Shown in pieces: positions 1 through 6,652 of a stretch of DNA of 45,875 bases. The DNA lies in the IMG/VR virus record IMGVR_UViG_3300048919_000216, positions 1 to 45,875 of that record; one strand, given 5' to 3'. The notes below the pieces were generated by a model. The model saw only the letters and a program-made list of their open reading frames with translations. It searched no databases and was not told the origin of the DNA. Position 1 is the first letter of the stretch; the number at the start of each line of letters is the position of its first letter. The translations under genes and the position numbers were made by a program. The DNA comes from a virus.

Positions 1-127
1 GCGGCGAAGGCATGCCGTGGATGGCTTATGTCGAAGGTCATCACGACGTCTTTGCGCTTGCACAGACCGCCGAGGCCGAGATCCGCGCTGCGTTCCCGCA
101 TCACCTGACCGAGGTTAACGATTGCCT
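1..127. repeat. Terminal direct repeat, exact copy of 45749..45875 (overlap of a circular contig)
   Basis: The 127 nt gcggcgaaggcatgccgtgg...gaggttaacgattgcct occur identically at both window ends. An ORF is continuous across the join. Confidence 0.95.
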
Positions 128-266
128 TGACGAAGCGGGCGGTGCTGCACTCGCGCATTTCTGGCTGATACGCACCCAAGACGCTGGCGAAGTGCAGTGC
201 TTCGAGATCGCCAGCGCTGAAGACACCGGCGCTTTCCCCGTAACCGGCGTGAGGTTCCACATATGA
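1..266 (+). CDS. Hypothetical protein, C-terminal part of a junction-spanning ORF (ATG at 45700; 104 aa on the circle)
   Basis: The frame of ORF 12..266 is in phase with ATG 45700 once the 127-nt overlap is removed. Its stop forms an ATGA with the next start at 263. Confidence 0.55.
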   Translation, partial: GEGMPWMAYVEGHHDVFALAQTAEAEIRAAFPHHLTEVNDCLDEAGGAALAHFWLIRTQDAGEVQCFEIASAEDTGAFPVTGVRFHI

Positions 267-784
267 CACAGCGTCAGAACTCCGACGACTATAACGAAGG
301 CTACGAGGCAGGCTTCGCGCGCGCGATGACGATCACGGGCCGCGCCAAGCCTCCTCAACATTTTTATGCATGCGAAATCTGCCTCTCTAACGAAGGCGAC
401 ATGGACGGGTGCCTGTACCCGGCTGAAGAGATCTTCGAAATGCGCATGGGGCTTCGGCTTTGCAGAGACCACGCCAAGGAAGTGGGCGGCGGCGATCTAT
501 CCCGCCCCCTATCTCGCCGCATCTTAAACTGCATGCCGCATCCCGACGACGACGCAATCGATCAGTTTGCACTCGGCATGAAAATGAAAATGGCGGTCAA
601 GCGAGCCGAAGGCTTCAACGGCTGGCACGACAAGCAGCAATTGAGCGCCGAAGACCTGTCCCGTATGTTGCGCGAGCATGTGAGCAAAGGCGATCCGTTG
701 GACGTGGCGATCTTCGCCATGATGCTTCAATTGCGCATGGAGCAGATCACAGAAGCGGCCCCAATGCTGGGAGGCGCAGAATGA
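263..784 (+). CDS. Hypothetical early protein (173 aa)
   Basis: Long ORF with ATGA start/stop coupling to both neighbours. No motif recognised with confidence. Confidence 0.6.
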   Translation: MTQRQNSDDYNEGYEAGFARAMTITGRAKPPQHFYACEICLSNEGDMDGCLYPAEEIFEMRMGLRLCRDHAKEVGGGDLSRPLSRRILNCMPHPDDDAIDQFALGMKMKMAVKRAEGFNGWHDKQQLSAEDLSRMLREHVSKGDPLDVAIFAMMLQLRMEQITEAAPMLGGAE

Positions 785-1056
785 ACGATCGCAGCCAGCG
801 CCGCGAAGTCCGCAATCCTGTGCTTTCCCTACCTGCTGTTAAGCGGCTCGAAGAGCTTGATCCTAGAACACGCGCGATCGTCTCCGAGCTGCTGGCTGAT
901 TTGGCTGGCGACGCCAGACGTCGAGCACAGCAATCATGGCTGAAGAACAAGGGTCCTATGGCCGCTTACTGGAAGGCCGTTGGCGCGTATGCCGCGCACT
1001 TCGGTCGAGTAGTGAAAATGAACCCCAAAAAGAAGAGCAAGGAAATCGCATCATGA
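781..1056 (+). CDS. Hypothetical early protein (91 aa)
   Basis: An internal ATG at 781 overlaps the previous stop (ATGA). The longer 460..1056 version is an Arg-rich out-of-phase extension. Confidence 0.5.
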   Translation: MNDRSQRREVRNPVLSLPAVKRLEELDPRTRAIVSELLADLAGDARRRAQQSWLKNKGPMAAYWKAVGAYAAHFGRVVKMNPKKKSKEIAS

Positions 1057-1532
1057 CCGCAAGCAATAAACAAAAGTCGCAGCAGCTTTCCGTCAAGATC
1101 AAAGACGGTCAACTCCAAATATCCATAGGCGTCGCCCTGCTTGCGTTCGCAACCCAGCAGCAAAATCAATGGCCGGAAGACTTTTTCGTCAGCGACATCG
1201 ATAAGTTTTCGAAGTCCCTCGCCAGTCGGCTTAGGAGAGAGCAAGAGGACGGAACTACGCCCGTTCATCGTATGCTCGATCAGGCAGCAGAGGAGGTGAT
1301 CGAGCAAGGTGACGAAGGCGTTGACGATGGTAACGTGGAGGACGGCATTGCTGCCGCAAAGGCGATACTGGACGCCGGGACAGCCGGAGGCGAAGCCGAT
1401 GACAAGATCACACCAGATCAAGCTTGGACCGAGCTTTGTGAGACGCCGGACATCACGTCGCCGGAAGAATACCCAGACCACGCGCTGATAACGGCTGAAC
1501 AGCTTCGTAACTTCATGGAACGCGCAATCTAG
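1053..1532 (+). CDS. Hypothetical early protein with an acidic C-terminal half (159 aa)
   Basis: ATG 1053 overlaps the stop of the preceding ORF (ATGA). It is the last gene of the plus-strand early operon. Confidence 0.55.
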   Translation: MTASNKQKSQQLSVKIKDGQLQISIGVALLAFATQQQNQWPEDFFVSDIDKFSKSLASRLRREQEDGTTPVHRMLDQAAEEVIEQGDEGVDDGNVEDGIAAAKAILDAGTAGGEADDKITPDQAWTELCETPDITSPEEYPDHALITAEQLRNFMERAI

Positions 1533-1616
1533 TTGTTTTCACGGCTTTGCCAGCGGCGAAACGCCATCACCGAGGAAACTTTGTGACACCGCTTGCAGAA
1601 TCACACGGAATCACTG

Positions 1617-1628
1617 TTTACATGTAAA
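1617..1628. promoter_or_regulatory. Perfect 12-bp palindrome TTTACATGTAAA, candidate operator of the RHH gene
   Basis: The palindrome ends 1 nt before ATG 1630 and no Shine-Dalgarno sequence lies in between. Confidence 0.4.
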
Positions 1629-1629
1629 T

Positions 1630-1842
1630 ATGACAGCTAATGACAAACGCACCATTGTACGGAAGAGCGTAGCGGCTCTGAGAGCAAAGCAAGCCGCCGC
1701 AGGCTTAGTGAATGTCAGCATCCCCATGCCGGGGGATATAGTAGCAGAGATTGACCGTTTGAAGCAGGAGCGTGGGGTTTCGTCCCGCGCACCGATATTG
1801 GAAGAGGCCGTCAGGTTTTATTTAGAGCAAACAAGGGCATAA
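1630..1842 (+). CDS. Ribbon-helix-helix (CopG/Arc/MetJ-type) DNA-binding protein, putative copy-control or replication regulator
   Basis: 70 aa. The N-terminal beta strand (KRTIVRKSV...) followed by two helices matches the RHH pattern. It lies directly upstream of the Rep-like gene and is followed by a strong terminator. Confidence 0.6.
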   Translation: MTANDKRTIVRKSVAALRAKQAAAGLVNVSIPMPGDIVAEIDRLKQERGVSSRAPILEEAVRFYLEQTRA

Positions 1843-1845
1843 AGT

Positions 1846-1879
1846 AAAAAGCCCCACCTTTGGCGAGGCGGGGCTTTTT
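1846..1879 (+). terminator. Rho-independent terminator (bidirectional appearance)
   Basis: AAAAAGCCCCACC-loop-GGCGGGGCTTTTT. A GC-rich stem is flanked by an A-run and a T-run, 4 nt after the RHH stop. Confidence 0.8.
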
Positions 1880-1894
1880 GGTCAAGCAGTCAAA

Positions 1895-1931
1895 AACTAT
1901 CTTGGGGCAGTTCGATAACCTCAAGATAGTT
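1895..1931. promoter_or_regulatory. 10-bp perfect inverted repeat AACTATCTTG-N17-CAAGATAGTT upstream of the Rep-like gene
   Basis: The arms are at 1895..1904 and 1922..1931, about 90 nt upstream of ATG 2024. It could be an operator or an origin element. Confidence 0.4.
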
Positions 1932-2023
1932 CAGAATTAACGAACCCGCAAGAGTCTGTCTTTTGCGGAGACGATGATTTTTTGTCTCTTGTCCATGCCC
2001 TCTTTTGAGAGGACAGAGGAACT

Positions 2024-2887
2024 ATGTTCCAGCAGATCGGCGTAGTGCAGGCGAAAACCGGCACCAGACGAACCGGCGCACCCGTGCGCAGAAACTCCCG
2101 CCTGAAGGGCAAATGCGAAGCCGTATTCTGGAAGGCGACGCCCCGCGACGAGGCTCGCGAGATCCTGCTTGCCGCGCGCAAGTATGAGCTTGCCATGAAG
2201 CAACCAGGTAAGCGCACCGGTCCTCTCGGCCACGTTGCGCTTGAAGTGCTGGACTACTTCACCAACCTGGTTGATTTCAACAATGGCCGTCTCGAACCGT
2301 CGATTAGTACGATCATGGAAAAGATCGGTCGCGCACGAGCTGCTGTATGCCGCGCGTTGGACGCGCTGCGCACCCACGGCTTTATCGATTGGCTACGCCG
2401 CTACGAGCCCACCGGCAATGACGGTGCAGGCCCGCAGGTGCAGCAGACAAGCAATGCCTATCGTCTAAGCCTCCCTGCCCGCGCCAAGGCGCTGTTAGGC
2501 AAGTACGCGAGGAAAGCCCCGCCCTTACCCGATGACGTGCAGCAGGCCCGCCAGGAGCGCCAGGACGCGATCAAGGCGCACATGGATAGTCTGTCGTCTG
2601 CCGATCGCTTGCGCGAGACAGTAGAGGACAGGAAGCGCGCCGAGCAGCTCGCCGGCTATGTCGAGCGTGCCGCGCAGAACCGCGCACAGCAGGCCGCTAA
2701 AACCCCTGAGAGGGCATCATCCAAGCAGATGCAGTTCCACTACGTCGAACCAGCTACAGCGAATCCCGCCCTCGCCCGCTTCCGCAAAAATTTGCAGGCA
2801 CGAAAGGCCGGAAAGCTTTTGAATGAGCGTGAGTTCACTGAAAGAACTGAATCCGGTCCTGATTTTTATAATCCTACGGATCAATAA
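2024..2887 (+). CDS. Winged-HTH replication-initiator-like protein (plasmid Rep architecture)
   Basis: 287 aa. GPLGHVALEVLDYF...STIMEKIGRARAAVCRALDALRTHGFIDWLRRY is a wHTH of the type seen in small-plasmid Rep proteins (pBBR1-Rep-like layout). It has a charged coiled C-terminal half, an AGAGGA RBS, and sits in the par/res/RHH backbone. Confidence 0.5.
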   Translation: MFQQIGVVQAKTGTRRTGAPVRRNSRLKGKCEAVFWKATPRDEAREILLAARKYELAMKQPGKRTGPLGHVALEVLDYFTNLVDFNNGRLEPSISTIMEKIGRARAAVCRALDALRTHGFIDWLRRYEPTGNDGAGPQVQQTSNAYRLSLPARAKALLGKYARKAPPLPDDVQQARQERQDAIKAHMDSLSSADRLRETVEDRKRAEQLAGYVERAAQNRAQQAAKTPERASSKQMQFHYVEPATANPALARFRKNLQARKAGKLLNEREFTERTESGPDFYNPTDQ

Positions 2888-2926
2888 GCGGACGCCGCTT
2901 GATCGGGCCGCTACCGCGTCCCTGCG

Positions 2927-2958
2927 GCGGTTCCGAACCGCGTTAAAGTGCGGTTCGG
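2927..2958. terminator. Two mutually exclusive hairpins between the convergent rep-like and resolvase genes
   Basis: One hairpin is GCGGTTC-C-GAACCGC (2927..2941). The other is CCGAACCGC-N8-GCGGTTCGG (2933..2958). AAGCGG-ACG-CCGCTT also lies right after the stop at 2887. Confidence 0.35.
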
Positions 2959-3050
2959 CGGCAACCTATACGCAGTTTCAGCACCGACAACACGCTTGGA
3001 TAGGTCTTTTGGCTCATGAGAGGGTGCAAGGGGAAATGGCGAAGAGAATA

Positions 3051-3653
3051 TTATTCCAAAGCATCCGGAGAGGCGTTTTCAGCTTCGCGTTTAAGTCGTG
3101 CGATCACCTGCCGACTGGCAGCGTATTTGCGGGAGGCACCCGATATGCTCATGCCCCCGCGCAGATCCGCAAGCATCGCTTTCGTTTGCCGTTCGCTCAG
3201 TTTTGGTGGCCGACCGAATTTTTTGCCCCCTGCCCTCGCCCGGTCCTGCCCGGCCCGGGTCCGCTCGATGAGCAGATCCCGTTCGAATTGCGCGACCGCG
3301 TTCAGAACATTCATCGTCATGGCGCCCGCCGAGCTGGTCAGGTCCAATCCGCCGAGCTGGAGGCAATGAACCCTAACCCCGTTTTCGGAAAGCATCTTGA
3401 CCGTGCTGCTGACATCGATCGCGTCGCGCCCCAGCCGATCGAGCTTCGTGACGATCAAGACGTCGTCCGGCTCCAGGCGATCGAGAAGTTTTTGAAACCC
3501 ACCGCGCTTCGATGCGGCCAGACTTCCCGACACGGTTTCCGACACGATCCGGCGCGGTTCTATCTTGAAGCCAGCTGCCTCGATTTCCATGATCTGGTTT
3601 TCGACCGTCTGGCCGACCGTGGACACCCGAACGTAAGCAAAAACCCGCGTCAT
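3051..3653 (-). CDS. Small serine recombinase (resolvase/invertase family), probable multimer resolvase
   Basis: 200 aa. The N-terminal catalytic motif is FAYVRVSTVGQ. Further motifs are LIVTKLDRLGRD and ERTRAG...GRPPKL, and there is a C-terminal HTH. At this size it is not a large serine integrase. Confidence 0.9.
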   Translation of the reverse strand: MTRVFAYVRVSTVGQTVENQIMEIEAAGFKIEPRRIVSETVSGSLAASKRGGFQKLLDRLEPDDVLIVTKLDRLGRDAIDVSSTVKMLSENGVRVHCLQLGGLDLTSSAGAMTMNVLNAVAQFERDLLIERTRAGQDRARAGGKKFGRPPKLSERQTKAMLADLRGGMSISGASRKYAASRQVIARLKREAENASPDALE

Positions 3654-3780
3654 CTTGTTTCCCCTGCCTGAAAATCAGCCCCAGCGTTACGGGCATGCCG
3701 GAAAAGCTTTGAGGGGATTTTAGGGCAGATGCAAGTAAGGTGCCGTCATATGGACGATTTCGGGCATCGTGTTCCGGCTC

Positions 3781-3808
3781 TTGACATGGAAATTGAGTCG
3801 CCTATTTT
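3781..3808 (+). promoter_or_regulatory. Candidate sigma70-type promoter TTGACA-N16-TATTTT
   Basis: The -35 is at 3781..3786 and the -10 at 3803..3808. It lies in the 690-bp non-coding stretch and points toward the small ORFs and parA. Confidence 0.35.
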
Positions 3809-4082
3809 TAAGCGGTTCCCTAAACACCTACAGGTCTTCGTAATGTTTTCGAGGCCAAACCTTCTCGGTGCTGACAATGAAGGTTAAACACCCACAGCAA
3901 GGGAACGTAGTGAAACATGCGGTCGCCACTCGACTAGTTTGGGCAGGTCCGATTCCTTCTGTTGCGTCAGCCGACACGTAAGGACGACCTTAGCGCAGGT
4001 TCACTTCTGAGCGTTCGCGGAGAGACACCATGTTTGGCTTTGCCTTCTGGTGCCTACTGCGGCATGGTCAGGAGTGATCGAT

Positions 4083-4259
4083 ATGCGATCTCAATTGTCC
4101 AAGGCCGCTGTTCAGGCACTTCCAGCTATCCTAATCCTTTTATTCGCAGCGTTCTGCGGTTATGCACTCGTTCGCCTGCTCGATCCTGAAGAGCTCAATC
4201 TCTGGATTTTCAAGTATAAGGCGCGAAGCACGATCATTGAGCAGCTGCCGACAAAATGA
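4083..4259 (+). CDS. Small single-pass membrane protein (58 aa), function unknown
   Basis: A CAGGAG Shine-Dalgarno lies 7 nt upstream of ATG 4083. The hydrophobic helix is ALPAILILLFAAFCGYALV. A 15-codon hydrophobic mini-ORF (4030..4077) precedes it, and its stop overlaps that SD. Confidence 0.4.
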   Translation: MRSQLSKAAVQALPAILILLFAAFCGYALVRLLDPEELNLWIFKYKARSTIIEQLPTK

Positions 4260-4260
4260 T

Positions 4261-4375
4261 GCGTTAACGTCAATGTGCGTCAATGATGACGCAGTATAAC
4301 GCGTCAACGTCAACGTGCGCGCTTGTTAACGCGCCATAAAGAGTTATGCTGCATCTTAACGCTACAACGTTAAAC
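4261..4375. repeat. Centromere-like iterons (GCGTYAACG family) upstream of parA
   Basis: Forward copies: GCGTTAACG 4261..4269, GCGTCAATG 4277..4285 and GCGTCAACG 4301..4309. One reverse copy lies at 4325..4332. A 7-4-7 inverted repeat TGCGTCA-ATGA-TGACGCA lies at 4276..4293. Confidence 0.6.
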
Positions 4376-4390
4376 ATGAAGGACGCGAGC

Positions 4391-5065
4391 ATGCCTGTCA
4401 TCGCAGTAGCAAACCCTAAAGGCGGCGCTGGGAAGTCTACCAGCACGCTAGTTCTAGCAACGACGCTCGCGCGCCAAGGCGCGTCAGTCACGGTTTTGGA
4501 TTGCGACCGCAATCAGCCGATAGCCGGATGGAGGGCAGGGGGGTCTAAAAATCCTGTAGTGGTTGACAGCGCCATCGACGAAGAAAGCTTTAAAGAGAAG
4601 CTGGACCACCACCGCCGCAAGTCGCAATTCGTCTTCGTGGATCTGGAAGGCACCGCCAACCGCCTCATGTCCCGCGCACTCTTCCGCGCTCATCTGGCGA
4701 TCATTCCTATCCAAGCAAGCCCAACAGATGCCGAGCTGGCCGCAAAGGCGATCCATCTGATCAAAGACGAGGGGGAGTCGTTCGATAAGGTCATTCCTTA
4801 CCGCGTTCTTTTCACGCGCACGTCGCCACAGATCAAAACCAAGATCGAACGCCAGATTTTCGAGCAGTTGAGTGGCGGGGAAATTCCCCAGTTCCGAAAC
4901 CACCTGAACGAACGCGCTGCCTATAAGAGCATGTTCTTTCATCAGCTCGACTTGGAGGAGATGGACCCCGCCGAGGTCAATGGCTTGCCCCAAGCCCGAG
5001 ACAACGCGCTGAAACTCACCGCCGAGCTTATCGATATGATTGCAGAGAAGGATGCCGCAGCATGA
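4391..5065 (+). CDS. parA: ParA partition ATPase (small type-Ib, deviant Walker A)
   Basis: The Walker A motif is [13 protein letters not shown] and there is no N-terminal HTH. An AAGGA RBS precedes ATG 4391. In-frame alternative starts exist at 4346 and 4376. Confidence 0.9.
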   Translation: MPVIAVANPKGGAGKSTSTLVLATTLARQGASVTVLDCDRNQPIAGWRAGGSKNPVVVDSAIDEESFKEKLDHHRRKSQFVFVDLEGTANRLMSRALFRAHLAIIPIQASPTDAELAAKAIHLIKDEGESFDKVIPYRVLFTRTSPQIKTKIERQIFEQLSGGEIPQFRNHLNERAAYKSMFFHQLDLEEMDPAEVNGLPQARDNALKLTAELIDMIAEKDAAA

Positions 5066-5346
5066 AAGACCTTGGATTTGGAAGCAAGCTGGCGGGTATC
5101 AAGCCGGATGACGAACCAGACATGGATATTCCCGACCGTAAGCTTGACGAGGTTGCCGAGCGTCACGGCTTTGTCTCGCGGGAGCCGATCCAGAAGGTCA
5201 CGCGCCGCAAAGAGGCAGAGCCTTCTGCAAACCTCAATATCCGACCTCCCGTCACGACATATAACCGCTTCGTAAACTGGGCGATGGAAAACCGCTTAAG
5301 CTATCCGGAGGCGCTTAAAGAGCTAATGGATCGCGCCAAGATATAA
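5062..5346 (+). CDS. Small centromere-binding partition protein (ParG-like, C-terminal RHH)
   Basis: 94 aa, ATGA-coupled to parA. The C-terminal segment [32 protein letters not shown] fits a ribbon-helix-helix. Confidence 0.65.
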   Translation: MKDLGFGSKLAGIKPDDEPDMDIPDRKLDEVAERHGFVSREPIQKVTRRKEAEPSANLNIRPPVTTYNRFVNWAMENRLSYPEALKELMDRAKI

Positions 5347-5354
5347 TCACGCAC

Positions 5355-5378
5355 ATGCGTCAACGCGCGTTAACGCAA
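5355..5378. repeat. Second cluster of the same centromere-like repeat, downstream of the par operon
   Basis: GCGTCAACG at 5357..5365 and GCGTTAACG at 5367..5375. Confidence 0.55.
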
Positions 5379-5393
5379 ACGATGAACGTTTAT

Positions 5394-5421
5394 AGAGCCG
5401 CCCGAACTCTCAAGCGGCTCT
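5394..5421. terminator. Hairpin between convergent genes (AGAGCCGC-N12-GCGGCTCT)
   Basis: 8-bp perfect stem with weak T tracts on both sides. Confidence 0.35.
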
Positions 5422-5431
5422 ATCTGCCTTA

Positions 5432-5656
5432 TTACAGCTCATACTCTATCACGAGATCAATATCATCCGTGGCGAGGTTCAGTTGCCGAGCAATATGAGC
5501 CTGCAAACTGTCCTGGTCGAAGAAGCCGTTCCCCAGATCAAACGATGTAGTGACATCGTTTTCATCCCAGTCGCGGATCTCTGTGACCGCAAAAAGGCCC
5601 CCGGCGCCGACTCTTTCAGCGGTCTCTGTTTCTGCAAAAATGTAGTAGTTGGTCAT
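5432..5656 (-). CDS. Highly acidic small protein (74 aa), function unknown
   Basis: 16 Asp/Glu against 3 Arg and no Lys. It lies in a lower-GC segment and is divergent from the next orphan gene. Confidence 0.6.
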   Translation of the reverse strand: MTNYYIFAETETAERVGAGGLFAVTEIRDWDENDVTTSFDLGNGFFDQDSLQAHIARQLNLATDDIDLVIEYEL

Positions 5657-5815
5657 ATGAAAAATCCTATTAAGTGATTGTTATGGTGAGGTTTGTTCCT
5701 CATTACTATTTATGATTCCGCGAGCGCAAAATTCGTCGTTTCAGGCATTTTTTTTCACTTTATTTGAAGAAAGTTTTCTTGACTTTTCGGCCTATGCACA
5801 TGGCGGGCCAGACGC

Positions 5816-5844
5816 TTGACACCTTCCTGAAACAAGAACATTTA
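5816..5844 (+). promoter_or_regulatory. Candidate promoter TTGACA-N17-CATTTA for the 142-aa orphan gene
   Basis: It lies in the AT-rich 208-bp divergent intergenic region. An AAGGAAGGA RBS follows before ATG 5865. Confidence 0.3.
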
Positions 5845-5864
5845 TAGAACAAAAAGGAAGGACC

Positions 5865-6293
5865 ATGCCGCCCCGATTGATGCTAACCCCTGAAGAAATT
5901 CGAACCACGATCAGGAGGCCGCTTAGCCTTCCGATGCTGGTTTACTACGGCCAGGAATGGCAGGTTTGCTATAAGGCCAAAGGCAAGATGCCGGGCGGCA
6001 GGATCGCGATGGCGTGGGTCTATGGCCGGGAAAGCATCTTCTTTTGCGAGGTAGGGCAGGAGAGATACCTGTTCGACTTGCCGAACCCGAATGAGAAACC
6101 TTTTTTCGATAACGCCTTCAATCACAGCGTCGATGAGATCAACGAGGACGGAAGCCGCATTCGAAAGCTGGGTGGCGCGCAAAATGTCATGGCGGCAAAC
6201 GCCATATATCAGGTGCATAAATTTAACTCTTCCGGCATCATCCGGTTGAGCGAGGGCGGCAGGATTATGCGCCGTTCCGATCAGGAAGATTGA
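5865..6293 (+). CDS. Hypothetical protein (142 aa), no recognisable motif
   Basis: Strong RBS and a clean ORF, with lower GC than the structural genes. Confidence 0.6.
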   Translation: MPPRLMLTPEEIRTTIRRPLSLPMLVYYGQEWQVCYKAKGKMPGGRIAMAWVYGRESIFFCEVGQERYLFDLPNPNEKPFFDNAFNHSVDEINEDGSRIRKLGGAQNVMAANAIYQVHKFNSSGIIRLSEGGRIMRRSDQED

Positions 6294-6315
6294 TAAGCTC
6301 TAGTCACTTTTCCCC

Positions 6316-6344
6316 TTGCAATCCTGTATCCAATTGGATACATA
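6316..6344 (+). promoter_or_regulatory. Candidate TA promoter with a 16-bp perfect palindrome operator GTATCCAATTGGATAC (6326..6341)
   Basis: TTGCAA -35 at 6316..6321, then the palindrome spanning the spacer and -10. ATG 6351 follows with no SD. Confidence 0.45.
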
Positions 6345-6350
6345 GAATGC

Positions 6351-6641
6351 ATGAGCACTTTTAAGACATCACCGCAGTTCGAAAGCTGGTTGCAAAACCT
6401 GAAAGACGCCAAGGGCCGCGTTCGTATCATTGCCCGCATCCGGTCGGCAGAGCACGGCAACTTCGGCGATTGCCAGCCGGTGGGCGAGGGTGTTTCGGAA
6501 ATGCGCATTCACTTTGGCCCCGGCTACCGCCTGTACTACACGCGCAAAGGCGAGACCGTTTATTTCCTGCTGATCGGCGGCGACAAGTCCAGCCAGAAGC
6601 GTGACATTCAGAAGGCCATCGAAATGGCCCGCACCCTGTGA
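6351..6641 (+). CDS. Type II toxin, RelE/ParE superfamily (HigB-like 'addiction module killer' family)
   Basis: 96 aa. The motifs F..WL..L.D...RVRI.ARI......GNFGD..PVGEGVSE.RI..GPGYR.YY......V..LL.GGDKS.Q..DI..A match that family. Confidence 0.85.
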   Translation: MSTFKTSPQFESWLQNLKDAKGRVRIIARIRSAEHGNFGDCQPVGEGVSEMRIHFGPGYRLYYTRKGETVYFLLIGGDKSSQKRDIQKAIEMARTL

Positions 6642-6652
6642 AAGGAAGGATC

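Noticed and set aside
263-784. The C-terminal half (…KRAEGFNGWHDKQQLSAEDLSRMLREHVSKGDPLDVAIFAMML…) faintly recalls all-alpha dNTP pyrophosphohydrolase (MazG-like / dATP-dGTP diphosphohydrolase) proteins of phages.
   Set aside because: The resemblance is a loose pattern recalled from memory, and no catalytic acidic EExxE-type motif can be pointed to. It needs an HMM or structure search before any claim.
3051-3653. The serine recombinase could be the prophage integrase, or a Gin/Cin-type invertase switching tail fibres.
   Set aside because: At 200 aa it is resolvase/invertase-sized and lacks the large C-terminal domain of serine integrases. It lies 15 kb from the fibre genes. I saw no inverted crossover sites flanking the fibre tip, and it sits in the par/rep backbone, which fits multimer resolution.
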